From a virus: 16,562 nt of DNA. The position numbers and the translations under genes were made by a program. How positions within the stretch are numbered: position 1 is the first letter of the stretch; each line of letters begins with the position of its first letter. Positions 1 to 8,794 of the stretch are shown here, piece by piece. The stretch lies in the UHGV virus genome UHGV-1596829, one strand, 5' to 3'. Below the pieces are notes generated by a model. The model was given only the letters and a program-made list of their open reading frames with translations, did no database searches and had not been told where the DNA came from.

Positions 1-262
1 TGTAAACCGACAGGTCAGCTGTTTTGCGAGCGGCAAAGGCACGGTTGACGATAGCAGCCATCTGGGCACGAACCAGCAGGCCGGAGCTGTTAATCTGGCC
101 GTTTGAGCCGTTCAGCAGGCCGTTCTGTACAGCGCTGCGCAGGCCGGCTGCGGACCAGTCGGTCGGGAAATCGGTAAAGTCTTCGGGCGAGGCAGCGAAT
201 GCATTCGTTGGCAGGAGCATAGCTCCTGCCAAAAGCATCGCAAGGGTACGTTTTTTGTTCAA
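1..262 (-). CDS. Secreted protein of unknown function, N-terminal part only (continues beyond window start); probably chromosomal flank or separate cargo
   Basis: Minus-strand TTG start at 260-262 preceded by AGGAGG (271-276, 8-nt spacer). Translation MNKKRTLAMLLAGAMLLPTNAFA|ASPEDFTDFPTDWSAAGLRSAVQNGLLNGSNGQINSSGLLVRAQMAAIVNRAF has a classic Sec signal peptide (basic N-region, hydrophobic core, AFA cleavage motif). GC is about 57%, well above the adjacent AT-rich segment. The listed plus-strand ORF 24..338 is taken to be its antisense shadow. Confidence 0.5.
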   Translation of the reverse strand, partial: MNKKRTLAMLLAGAMLLPTNAFAASPEDFTDFPTDWSAAGLRSAVQNGLLNGSNGQINSSGLLVRAQMAAIVNRAFAARKTADLSVY

Positions 263-305
263 GTATATTTCCTCCTTGTCGTTAGACTGGGCTAACTATA
301 CCGGT

Positions 306-333
306 AAAAATTTTCCTTTCCATAGGAAAGGAG
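306..333 (-). terminator. Putative intrinsic terminator-like hairpin (9-bp stem, 3-nt loop, followed on the minus strand by AAUUUUUA)
   Basis: Inverted repeat ttcctttcc-ata-ggaaaggag at 313-333; on the minus-strand transcript the hairpin is followed by a short U-tract. It sits about 45 nt upstream of the signal-peptide gene start and could insulate it from prophage read-through. Confidence 0.25.
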
Positions 334-345
334 CGTAACCACAAT

Positions 346-365
346 GAGTTATCATACGCTAACTC
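346..365. repeat. Dyad-symmetric 20-bp motif GAGTTA-N8-TAACTC, copy 1
   Basis: gagtta tcatacgc taactc; the half-sites are exact reverse complements. A second copy lies 132 bp downstream at 478-497. Confidence 0.6.
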
Positions 366-477
366 ATAAGTAGGTAATAAAATACCATAAAGATTTTGTG
401 TTGTCAAATCCTGATATTTACAGGAAAGAATGGCCGTATCACATAAACAACACAAAAAGTACACAAAATCCTGCAAC

Positions 478-497
478 GAGTTAGAATAAGCTAACTC
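478..497. repeat. Dyad-symmetric 20-bp motif GAGTTA-N8-TAACTC, copy 2
   Basis: gagtta gaataagc taactc; same half-sites and same 8-nt spacing as copy 1, and flanking bases are also similar (caaYGAGTTA...TAACTCM). A related GCTAACT also occurs at about 291-297. Confidence 0.6.
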
Positions 498-603
498 CAA
501 ACATGTTTTTTAATAAAAGAAAAATTTTTTGTATGTGCGATACATATTGTATACAGCGGCAGGTGGTGTTTTATTTTCAGGACATTTGGACAGGAGGAAT
601 ATA

Positions 604-1200
604 TTATATAGGTATATATAGAGTGTACAAATTTCCTGTAAAAATTTTTTGAAGAATAAATGATATCGCAACAATAGCTATCGCAGATATGATTGACCTA
701 TATTTATGACTTATCATCATCGCAATACAAAAAACAAGATAGAAATAAATTTCGTAACTTAAAGTCCATGCAGTTATTATTAGACTATAACCATAAAATG
801 GGGCATTTTCAGTTGGCCGCAACTGAAGAAACAATAGTGATTTTTTGATATTATCAATATTAAACCAAAGAGGAACTGACGACTTATCCATCATGAAGAA
901 GTGAGTAGCAACAAGGCTAAAAAGGAAAAAGCTTAATAAATAAACAGGGTATAACCTAAAGAATCGCTTAATGATAAATTTGGCGCATACAAAACTCTCT
1001 TTTTTTTCTGTTGCTAACGCGATGATAAAACCGCTGATCACAAAGAATATATCAACACCTATTGCTCCATTGTAAAACAGAAGATCACCAAGATTTTTCT
1101 GCACGTAAACATCGTTCAGGTACACATTCATATGTCCAAGAACTACCAGCATTGCAGCTATCCCACGCAGTGCCTGTATTGATTGTATTTTGTACGCCAT
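604..1200 (-). CDS. Acyltransferase family 3 membrane protein (O-antigen/LPS acyl- or acetyltransferase type), probably 3'-truncated
   Basis: 198-aa translation starts MAYKIQSIQALRGIAAMLVVLGH...FFVISGF...RFFRLYPVYLL, the typical N-terminal signature of Acyltransferase_3 proteins, with several predicted TM helices. Family members are usually about 330-400 aa, and no continuation is seen in any frame below 604. The segment is very AT-rich (about 30% GC) and sits directly after the tailspike, the same position as oac in Sf6. Confidence 0.6.
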   Translation of the reverse strand: MAYKIQSIQALRGIAAMLVVLGHMNVYLNDVYVQKNLGDLLFYNGAIGVDIFFVISGFIIALATEKKESFVCAKFIIKRFFRLYPVYLLSFFLFSLVATHFFMMDKSSVPLWFNIDNIKKSLLFLQLRPTENAPFYGYSLIITAWTLSYEIYFYLVFCIAMMISHKYRSIISAIAIVAISFILQKIFTGNLYTLYIPI

Positions 1201-1221
1201 ACCATGCTCTGGATGTATTAA

Positions 1222-1257
1222 GGTGCCGAGATATTACACTACGGCACCTTTTGTATC
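1222..1257. terminator. GC-rich hairpin between tailspike and acyltransferase genes (7-bp stem ggtgccg/cggcacc, 13-nt loop); possible terminator/attenuator, strand ambiguous
   Basis: Stem 1222-1228 / 1242-1248, followed on the plus strand by TTTTGTAT; on the minus strand it lies 12 nt after the tailspike stop codon but has a weaker U-tract. Confidence 0.3.
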
Positions 1258-1259
1258 AA

Positions 1260-3443
1260 TTATGATATAGGGATAGCATGCCATTCATTCGTACTGGCAT
1301 CAAGACATGTCCATCCGTAGTATTTATCGATCAAAGATGGGCTGTCGTTCTTAACGAAATCACCTCTTTTTGATACGCACTTGTTTCCATATCGCCCATA
1401 AGGATGTGTATTTAGACCAAAATCAAGGTATTTGAAGCCTACGACGCTTACATTCTCAGGCTTCGGTATGAAAGAGATATATGACGCGGCAACAGTATTA
1501 TTATTAGAAATTGTAGCCCCCTCAAAATTATCCATATCTATCAAAGCTGCAAATTCAGTTAAAACTGAATTGCTTCTGAAAATGTTATTTGTAATGGTTG
1601 GATATAAAAGGGTGTAACCAAGATCCCTAATCCTTATTGTCACACCGATCAGTGTATTATTATCAATAACCGGATATTGTCCTGCCCATACCAGGTTAGG
1701 GAAGTCGTCAGGAACCTGCACATAGTTTCCTGTAAAGCGCATGCCAACCAGAGATTGGTTGGACATAATAGGTGCCGGGCAATCAACGATATGATTGTTG
1801 CTGAATGTTATTCCTCGTCTGATCGGAGTACCAATATTATATTCCCTCATCGCATCCGGCCCACCATGAAACACATTACCAGTGATAAGAAGATTGCTCA
1901 ACCCGCCTGCTGGCTCATCGTCCACGCCACCTGAAACCAAAAGAATATGCGAAGAATCACGCTCACCAGTACTGTATGACTGATTATTCGAAATGGTTAT
2001 GTTGCTTGCACTTCCAATTTCTACAAAAATTCCTCGTGATCGCCTACAATAGTTATCAGCAATCAAACACGTGTCCATATAAGACCCTGGTGTTATACAT
2101 GATTGAATAGCTATTTGGTCGTAGAATTTATTTCCAATAGCGACAACATTTTTTGTGTATGTTGTTGGCGCAAAAGCCTCACCAAACGTGTGCCACTCAC
2201 GTCCGTTATACCACACCTCATTTCTACTGAATTCAGCAAAATCTATTTTACGAGAAAGGAAACAGTAGTTCGTGACATACTTGAAGAAGTTGTCATTTAC
2301 ATAAATATTTTTATTTGTTACTGTTGCATTCCAGTTATCTGCTTTAACAAAATATTGGCTTGCATTTACCAGATTATGATTTATGTATAACTTATCACAT
2401 CCTTCAGCAACTATCCCATACCACCACTCACCTTGTTTATGCTGTGTATCAGCTTCATTTATACTGTAATCAGTAAAAAGCCAATTCCATTTAAACCCTT
2501 TTATTTGAATATTATTGCATCCATTTAGAAAGAACACAGTTCTTTCTTTATATTCATCGTGGTAGGTGTCGATATTTACATCTTTTTCTGCATAAAAAAG
2601 TACGTCATCAATTCCGTCTAAGACAAATGATGCCTGAGTGAAGATATTAAACTTGTCGTGTGTTTGCACACCTGTTGTGAAGCCACATTTAATGGTACTA
2701 CCAGCGTCAGCTCTGCATGCTGTCTTTAAAATGGATGCTAGCTTGATCGCCGCCGTCACAGGTACATCGGCAGCATTTTCACCTGTGACGTCATGGCCTG
2801 CCCATGAGGTTAAAATATCAGATCCGTTATACGACCTCACCCAGCATCCCGATCCGCCAGCGTTAGCTTCTCCCGTTCCCGCAAGGAAAGCAGCGAGCTC
2901 AGCATACGAACCATCCCACGGAACTGTGGGGCTGAATATGGTGATACCGTTGTGCTGAGATTTAGGCATGCTGGCATCCCAGTAAAACTGCCCGCCGCCA
3001 AAGTTGGTTCCTGGTACGTATCCAATTACATTTAATGTGTGATTCCCAGCAGGCTCGCTCATTAAGGTATGGATGTCAGGAACATTCTCCATTCGCTGGC
3101 TAAACTGATCGGGATCATACTTCAGCACATTAGGAAAATAGAACTGCTGCGCACCATACGCATCATAAACAGCCATAGAATGGCCTTGCACAGTTACGAA
3201 TTTGGCAATCTGTCCGTTATATACAGGGTAACCAGCAGCGTTAATGATTATTGGTTGCGAAACGGGAATGTGAGAGCCGCCTTCGTTCTCCACATAAACC
3301 TGAATTTGGTTTTCAGGATTTACCGGGTCCGTGTCAATTTTACCGATATAAATTTTACCATTGGCTACGGCTTTAAAAGAACGAGCCATAGTGAAGAGTT
3401 GCGAAGGCATCGATACGATCACATTGGCTGTAATGTCTGTCAT
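1260..3443 (-). CDS. Tailspike protein: P22/Sf6/HK620-type N-terminal head-binding domain fused to a distinct right-handed beta-helix receptor-binding/glycanase domain
   Basis: 727-aa ORF. The first ~115 aa ([54 protein letters not shown]...VLKYDPDQF) match the conserved tailspike head-binding domain. The rest does not match P22, Sf6 or HK620 receptor domains as I recall them but has beta-helix-like repeats ([32 protein letters not shown]) and lower GC. Preceded by GGAG 9 nt upstream of the ATG. Confidence 0.9.
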   Translation of the reverse strand: MTDITANVIVSMPSQLFTMARSFKAVANGKIYIGKIDTDPVNPENQIQVYVENEGGSHIPVSQPIIINAAGYPVYNGQIAKFVTVQGHSMAVYDAYGAQQFYFPNVLKYDPDQFSQRMENVPDIHTLMSEPAGNHTLNVIGYVPGTNFGGGQFYWDASMPKSQHNGITIFSPTVPWDGSYAELAAFLAGTGEANAGGSGCWVRSYNGSDILTSWAGHDVTGENAADVPVTAAIKLASILKTACRADAGSTIKCGFTTGVQTHDKFNIFTQASFVLDGIDDVLFYAEKDVNIDTYHDEYKERTVFFLNGCNNIQIKGFKWNWLFTDYSINEADTQHKQGEWWYGIVAEGCDKLYINHNLVNASQYFVKADNWNATVTNKNIYVNDNFFKYVTNYCFLSRKIDFAEFSRNEVWYNGREWHTFGEAFAPTTYTKNVVAIGNKFYDQIAIQSCITPGSYMDTCLIADNYCRRSRGIFVEIGSASNITISNNQSYSTGERDSSHILLVSGGVDDEPAGGLSNLLITGNVFHGGPDAMREYNIGTPIRRGITFSNNHIVDCPAPIMSNQSLVGMRFTGNYVQVPDDFPNLVWAGQYPVIDNNTLIGVTIRIRDLGYTLLYPTITNNIFRSNSVLTEFAALIDMDNFEGATISNNNTVAASYISFIPKPENVSVVGFKYLDFGLNTHPYGRYGNKCVSKRGDFVKNDSPSLIDKYYGWTCLDASTNEWHAIPIS

Positions 3444-3501
3444 TTAATTTGCTCCAGATACAATGAATCGCCGCAGCGTGGCCACGGTGAATTTTGGGCA
3501 T

Positions 3502-3524
3502 AAAAAAACCCAGCCGAAGCTGGG
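3502..3524 (-). terminator. Rho-independent terminator after the gp16-like gene, upstream of the tailspike gene
   Basis: On the minus strand: CCCAGC-UUCG-GCUGGG (perfect 6-bp stem, plus 3509-3524) followed by U7 (plus A-run 3502-3508). Confidence 0.6.
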
Positions 3525-3574
3525 TAGTTGCGTTGGTTATCTGTCAGTAGTTATGTGCTTATTTAATTATTTAT

Positions 3575-5419
3575 CTATTGTTCTGCTGTAATTTGGCTTG
3601 AAAGTATAGGGCGTATCGCATTTGCAGCATTATTTAACGCTCTTTCATAAGCTGGCGTTCCTGCTTTGGTGTTTGCCAAACGAAGAAGCATATTCCTTGC
3701 GGCTTTGGACTCATACAAACGCATCATTGCACCAAAACCAGCCTCAAGCCCCATTGATACACCAAGAGTCGCAGTTGCGCCAATCGTCCTTATCCTGTTG
3801 GCTTGCGATTGCCCCGTCTGAGTTACTACATTTGCGGTGTCTGACCTTGCTGTTTGCTGTAGAACTTCATGAAGAGCATCAAGCTCTTTCATGTGCTTTC
3901 CAGAAAAAATAGTGTTGTAAATTTCACCGCCTGACTGAGATTTCAGCTTATTAACTTCAGTGATGAACTTGGCTGGAGAGTCACCGGCCTTTTCCGCTAT
4001 TTTGCTGACGTAAGCTGCACGCATAGCATCTTTCCCTTTATCATCCAGTGCGCTCCAGATTCGTTTCACGTCAGATGGTTTTCTGCTTAATACAACGGTA
4101 TTTATAAGTTCAGGACTGGCTTCACTGCTTGCCTTGTTGAGCTTGTTAGCAATGTTTTTATTAAGCACCTTATTATAAACGTTTGCATAATCGGAATTTG
4201 CTTTAAGGTATTTTGCTGCGTCTGATGCACCGAGGTTTTTAGCAACTGCGTTACGAAGGTCTTTTGACATTGCATTCTCTACCATATTGGTAGCTGCTTT
4301 TGCCTGGTTGGGGAAGACCATAGCATCTCCCTGAACATTAGATCTAAATGCTGTTCTGTGCTGACGCAAGAGATCAAACGTAACATCCAAATCAGTTGCA
4401 GGGTTTGCTAATTCTTCACGTAGGTTACGCAAGGATGTAAGCAGGCTTTGATTGGCAGACGTCCCAAGCCGTTCCTGTCTTACGATCGCTGTATTCAGAG
4501 CATTCATGGTATTTGTGGTATCAACTGCGGCATTACCCATTTTATTGGTGACGTCATTGATAACAGCGCCAGCGGCATCCTTCCGCCCCCTTAACGTGGT
4601 GGTCAGAGATTTCACCACATCATCAGGGTTATACTCACCAAAACGGTCAAAATAATTGCTTACCAGTTTACTACGCGTTGCATATTGCTCCGCTCGCTTT
4701 GAGCCTGTCCCGAGCAAAGCACCCTCGGCATCCTGAGTAAGGCCACGAGTGAAAGCATTTTTCGGCGGGATAACATCAGATGTCATTGGTGTCACGCCCA
4801 TCGATTCTGATGTGGCAATTTTCTTCGCCACTTCTGGCGCAATATCACCTTTTATAGCCGTTATTCCACGCCCTATTCCCTTTGCTGCTGCGGAAAGAAC
4901 ACCCTGAGCGGCAAGGTTAACTCCGGCATTTTTGGCTGCATTTTGTGCGAAATCGCCTTTCTGATTTGCGGCCTCTGCCAGTGATCCAATAGCCATGCTT
5001 CCTGCCGTTCCAACTCCTGGAACTAAATACCCGCCAATTGTTTCTCCAGCTTGCGCATAAGGGTCTGTTGGTCGATCTACTGGACGATAAACATCATCCA
5101 AAACCTTTGGGCCACCAAGCCCCTGGCTGATTGCATTAATCAGACTTGCACCACCCTGCAATACGTCAAATGGTATGTTTACCAGACCACGACCAGCCTG
5201 TTCAGCAATTTGCCCTGCACTTTGACCACCAGTGAGCCAATCGCCAGCTTGTTGCATCAATGATGGTTCTTCACGTGCTGGTTCATTATTGGCCTGATTA
5301 ACTGTTTGTTGCTGAACAGCCTGACCAGCAAAATACTCATCAATGGCGGTGCCAATATCTTCGGTGCTCGTACCATTAGGAAAGGTAAATGTCTTACCGT
5401 TTGCAGTTACTTTCATCAT
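3575..5419 (-). CDS. Ejection (DNA-injection) protein, P22 gp16-like
   Basis: 614-aa ORF in the gp16 position and of gp16 size (last of the 7-20-16 ejection-protein trio); start overlaps the gp20-like stop by 4 nt (translational coupling). Confidence 0.88.
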   Translation of the reverse strand: MMKVTANGKTFTFPNGTSTEDIGTAIDEYFAGQAVQQQTVNQANNEPAREEPSLMQQAGDWLTGGQSAGQIAEQAGRGLVNIPFDVLQGGASLINAISQGLGGPKVLDDVYRPVDRPTDPYAQAGETIGGYLVPGVGTAGSMAIGSLAEAANQKGDFAQNAAKNAGVNLAAQGVLSAAAKGIGRGITAIKGDIAPEVAKKIATSESMGVTPMTSDVIPPKNAFTRGLTQDAEGALLGTGSKRAEQYATRSKLVSNYFDRFGEYNPDDVVKSLTTTLRGRKDAAGAVINDVTNKMGNAAVDTTNTMNALNTAIVRQERLGTSANQSLLTSLRNLREELANPATDLDVTFDLLRQHRTAFRSNVQGDAMVFPNQAKAATNMVENAMSKDLRNAVAKNLGASDAAKYLKANSDYANVYNKVLNKNIANKLNKASSEASPELINTVVLSRKPSDVKRIWSALDDKGKDAMRAAYVSKIAEKAGDSPAKFITEVNKLKSQSGGEIYNTIFSGKHMKELDALHEVLQQTARSDTANVVTQTGQSQANRIRTIGATATLGVSMGLEAGFGAMMRLYESKAARNMLLRLANTKAGTPAYERALNNAANAIRPILSSQITAEQ

Positions 5420-6786
5420 TCCACCGTAAATTGAATGCCTGATTTTGACGTGTAGCTACCTCCTGCTGATTGCTGAGTAGGCGGCTGTTGCATTGATGAT
5501 TTCTTCCCTCCATTACCGACATTAACGTTATATTGCTGGTTGTAATTGTCGGTATATTGCTGAATGTCGCGCATTGATTGTTGCAGTGCTTCAGGGCTTG
5601 AGAAATCAACCTGTGGCATACCTTGAAAATACATCTTTGCTTCTGCAACGGTGTTGATACCGGATGCCCCCATGTCTCTGGCTGCTGCAATGCCCTGATT
5701 CTGCATCTTTCCTTGGATTCGCTGTGCAGCGTTGTATAGTTTCCTCTGATCACCACCAGATGCACGGCTACGAATATCTGCACCAAGAGCAGGAGAACCT
5801 GAAGAGCCTGTAATGCCAGTCATGAAGCCAAGATCGTCAATTGATGCACCAGAAATTGCATCAAGATCTTTCTTCATTGCGTAATTCTGCGCGCTTGCTG
5901 CCGATGTAGCCGGAGCGGCAATAGAGCCAGCAGGGACGCGAACCATATTCCCCTCGTTGTCGATACCTTCGTAGAACGCATTAGCCCCAGCGCCGTGAAG
6001 CTTCCCGCCTACCGTTACAGTTCTGCCATCTGCTAACTGAACTGTACGCTCATTATTCCCAACCGACCCTTTCATTGATGCTCTCTGCATCGATAAATCC
6101 TGACCGCGCATCGTGATATTCTGACCACGCGCTGTTAGCGCCTCGCCAGCCTGATTGCTGCGGATTGTCTCTGCCAGTCTTCCTCGGTCAATCTCACGAC
6201 CAGCCATTTTGTCCTGAACATTGAAGTAATCAATAGGACCAAGAGCAGCCATTCCAAGGTGATCAACAAACTCACCAAATCCTGAAGGATTCTGCTGATA
6301 CATCTGAGCAACGTTATTAGGGTCAACACCGACGCGAGTCAGTTCCTTGGCGTTATTTTGCAGCCATGATTGCATTGCTTCTGGAGACGATGCCGCAAGA
6401 CGAGCGCCAGCCGCTAATGTACCGATAGAATTACGCTGGTCTTCATCAATGAATCCCATGCCTTTACGAACGGATTCAATCTGGTCTGGATATTGAGTAG
6501 CCAACTGACGCAAAGCACCGCGATCACCAGACGCATAAGCATTAGCGTATGCCTGCTGAAATTCTTTCTGCCGCTGAGCCTGCTTTTCCTGCTGAAAAAC
6601 ACCCGCAATACCTGAAAGACCTTGCAAGGCCGTCAGTCCAACATTGTTAGCGCCTGAACGCTCAATATCATTGTTCTGCCTGATAAGCTGAAGCGTATTT
6701 CCGATGTCATTTACGCTAGGGGCGTTTGAGTTGACGCCACCGATACCAGCCAACAATCCGCCGTTTGTTCCTTGCCAAGTAGCCAT
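5416..6786 (-). CDS. Ejection protein, P22 gp20-like
   Basis: 456-aa ORF beginning [10 protein letters not shown]..., Gly/Ala/Gln-rich like gp20; position between gp7-like and gp16-like genes. Confidence 0.88.
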   Translation of the reverse strand: MATWQGTNGGLLAGIGGVNSNAPSVNDIGNTLQLIRQNNDIERSGANNVGLTALQGLSGIAGVFQQEKQAQRQKEFQQAYANAYASGDRGALRQLATQYPDQIESVRKGMGFIDEDQRNSIGTLAAGARLAASSPEAMQSWLQNNAKELTRVGVDPNNVAQMYQQNPSGFGEFVDHLGMAALGPIDYFNVQDKMAGREIDRGRLAETIRSNQAGEALTARGQNITMRGQDLSMQRASMKGSVGNNERTVQLADGRTVTVGGKLHGAGANAFYEGIDNEGNMVRVPAGSIAAPATSAASAQNYAMKKDLDAISGASIDDLGFMTGITGSSGSPALGADIRSRASGGDQRKLYNAAQRIQGKMQNQGIAAARDMGASGINTVAEAKMYFQGMPQVDFSSPEALQQSMRDIQQYTDNYNQQYNVNVGNGGKKSSMQQPPTQQSAGGSYTSKSGIQFTVE

Positions 6787-6795
6787 GATTACCCC

Positions 6796-7488
6796 TTAAA
6801 ACAACGAGCCAAGCAATCCGATACCAGCACCAATGCCAGCGCCCCAAGGCGTTGATGCTCCCAAAAGGCTGGCAAGACCTGCACCGGCAATCGCACCAGA
6901 CGTGCCACCGCTAATTGCAGTCTGAAGACTTGATGGTTTATTGGCATTAGCAGCGGCAAGAGCTGCGCTTTGCTGTGCAATGCTGCTCATGTTGTTGGCG
7001 TACGTCTGCCCGGCGTTTGCCTGACCTTGCAGCGCACCAAGCCCAACGTTTGCCAGATTGTTGTAATTGCTCATCTGATTTGATAACCAAGACTGACCGA
7101 GTGTCGGCGCGATCGTAGCCAGTTGATTGCTTGTGGCTGTCGAACCAAGTCCACCCGTCGCCTCCGCAGCAGCAAGACTCTGGTAACGCGCCTGCCCTGC
7201 AAGGTCTTTATACTGCTGAGAGTTGTAATACTGATTAAGTGCCTGCCCCTGACCTTCTAAACTGGAAAGGTTCTGAAGCTGGTTAACATACTGCTCCGCA
7301 AGAGGCGTGAATGGAGCAAGGTTTTTCATGATCGTCTGCCACTGCTGATTTTGCAGGTCTGCAGCATACTTCTGGGCTTCTGCTGCATACTTTGCGCTTT
7401 TATCAGAACTGCCACCTTTCCCGCCTTTTTCAGGGCAATAAGGTTCCTCGCCGCGCAGTTTTCTGCCCAGCTTAAATGCATATAACAT
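6796..7488 (-). CDS. Ejection protein, P22 gp7-like
   Basis: 230-aa ORF starting MLYAFKLGRKLRGEEPYCPEKGGKGGSS, closely matching the remembered P22 gp7 N-terminus and length; Gly/Ala-rich C-terminal tail. Confidence 0.9.
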   Translation of the reverse strand: MLYAFKLGRKLRGEEPYCPEKGGKGGSSDKSAKYAAEAQKYAADLQNQQWQTIMKNLAPFTPLAEQYVNQLQNLSSLEGQGQALNQYYNSQQYKDLAGQARYQSLAAAEATGGLGSTATSNQLATIAPTLGQSWLSNQMSNYNNLANVGLGALQGQANAGQTYANNMSSIAQQSAALAAANANKPSSLQTAISGGTSGAIAGAGLASLLGASTPWGAGIGAGIGLLGSLF

Positions 7489-7490
7489 GG

Positions 7491-7949
7491 CTATCTCCCG
7501 TGATTCAGGAAGTCGATTAGTTCTTCGCGTGTGGCGCTGTAAAAAGTCACGTCATCCACGCCTTTGAAGTATTTCTTGATGGTTCCTACACGCTTAAGGC
7601 CAATCATTGCGCAGTACATCTGACCGTGTCGGAATTTGCGTGCAGCGAACGATGTTACGCACTGAACGGTGGTGTTAGTCAGAATGTATCGCCAGAACGC
7701 CAGCCCAATTTCCTTGCTGAAGCCGCGAATCTCTGGCAGGTACATGGCGTGGCAATCTAATGTCAGCGGCTGAATCTCCTGATAGTAAACAATGCCACCA
7801 AACTGACCGTGCACGTTAACCTCAAAGTAACGGCATTCAGGCTTGTAGTCGTACCCATCACCGTTGTTGCTACCGGCGATAATGTCAGGGTGATTTCCGA
7901 CTGCTTCGATCAGGTCGATGTTTCGCGTTTGTTTGAACTGAATCATCAC
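7491..7949 (-). CDS. P22 gp14-like virion assembly / DNA-ejection-associated protein
   Basis: 152-aa ORF in the conserved slot between the needle gene and gp7, overlapping the needle stop by 4 nt. Assignment is mainly by synteny. Confidence 0.65.
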   Translation of the reverse strand: MMIQFKQTRNIDLIEAVGNHPDIIAGSNNGDGYDYKPECRYFEVNVHGQFGGIVYYQEIQPLTLDCHAMYLPEIRGFSKEIGLAFWRYILTNTTVQCVTSFAARKFRHGQMYCAMIGLKRVGTIKKYFKGVDDVTFYSATREELIDFLNHGR

Positions 7950-8794
7950 TGCTCCGCGATTATCTTGATGGTTGTGGCAGTAAACGCCGCACCATTTGAC
8001 TGAATGGCTAACGTACTGCCATTTGTGGCAAGAAAGCCGTCTTTATCCACACTGAAGAACGTAGCTAACAGGATGTTGTCGGTTGTTGTCGCCGCATTAC
8101 GACTGCTGACCTGTGTGTCAGGGACAGAGCCGGAAAAGGTTAGCTGCATTGACCTGTTGGCGGTTCCGCTGGGCCACGTCCCGACAATCGACAGCTTGAA
8201 GAACAAGGTTTTGTTCTCGTTGAACACAACCATCTTGTTGTTAACGGTGTCGAAGAATGGTGCCAACGTGCCGGATGACGGCGTGAGCGTTTTCAGCAGG
8301 CTAACAAGGTTGGTCGGCGCTGTCGGGATGGTTACTGATACGCCAGAGTAAACAACTTCTGACTTCTTGCGCGTAGTGGCATACTCCAGAGCATTAATGC
8401 GCGTTTCATGGTCTGAAACCTGCGATTCCAGCGACTGAACTCTGGTATCAAGCGACGCAATATCGCTTTCATTCTGAGCTATTCGTGTTTCATGGTCCTG
8501 AAGAGTTGATTCTGCCTGGCTGATTCGCTCCTCATGATTAACAAGCGTTGCTTCCGCAGCAGAAATTCGCTGCTCATGGTCAGCGAGAATCACATCCTGC
8601 TCATCGTTCCTGACCTGTGCATCATAAGCGCCCTGTCCGGCCTCGTTGGCCTTGTTAGCCACGTTACCAACATCAGTGCCCTGTGCGATAACGTAAAGCA
8701 GATACGACTGCGAGAAGATATTGCGTGGAAGGACTGATGTGTCGAGCCGTGCAGCCTGAATGATTACCGGCACATTGAGATTCGAATCCGCCAT
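7946..8794 (-). CDS. Tail needle protein (P22 gp26 homolog) with Sf6-type C-terminal knob domain
   Basis: N-terminus [43 protein letters not shown]...[11 protein letters not shown] matches P22 gp26. A central coiled-coil has repeating DHExRI units. The ORF is 282 aa versus 233 in P22, with an extra C-terminal ~130-aa domain as in the Sf6 needle. Confidence 0.9.
   Translation of the reverse strand: MADSNLNVPVIIQAARLDTSVLPRNIFSQSYLLYVIAQGTDVGNVANKANEAGQGAYDAQVRNDEQDVILADHEQRISAAEATLVNHEERISQAESTLQDHETRIAQNESDIASLDTRVQSLESQVSDHETRINALEYATTRKKSEVVYSGVSVTIPTAPTNLVSLLKTLTPSSGTLAPFFDTVNNKMVVFNENKTLFFKLSIVGTWPSGTANRSMQLTFSGSVPDTQVSSRNAATTTDNILLATFFSVDKDGFLATNGSTLAIQSNGAAFTATTIKIIAEQ

Noticed and set aside
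24-338. 104-aa plus-strand ORF at the window start
   Set aside because: The opposite strand encodes a protein with a textbook signal peptide and an AGGAGG RBS; the plus-strand ORF starts with TTG and looks like an antisense artefact.
282-500. 72-aa minus-strand ORF with repeated ELAY(S/D)NSL peptide
   Set aside because: The peptide repeat is just the translation of the two GAGTTA-N8-TAACTC dyad copies; TTG start, no RBS, non-coding composition. Treated as a DNA motif, not a gene.
263-603. tRNA gene or 3' tRNA fragment marking the attachment site
   Set aside because: No T-arm/acceptor-like sequence (GGTTCGAATCC...CCA type) seen; cannot be excluded without a tRNA search.
1062-1265. 67-aa plus-strand ORF overlapping the acyltransferase start and tailspike end
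   Set aside because: Overlaps two minus-strand genes and ends within the intergenic hairpin; no independent support.
3069-3503. 144-aa plus-strand ORF (and other plus-strand ORFs at 1432-1617, 1677-1934, 2103-2390, 2638-2958) within the tailspike gene
   Set aside because: Antisense shadows of the tailspike coding frame; no supporting signals.
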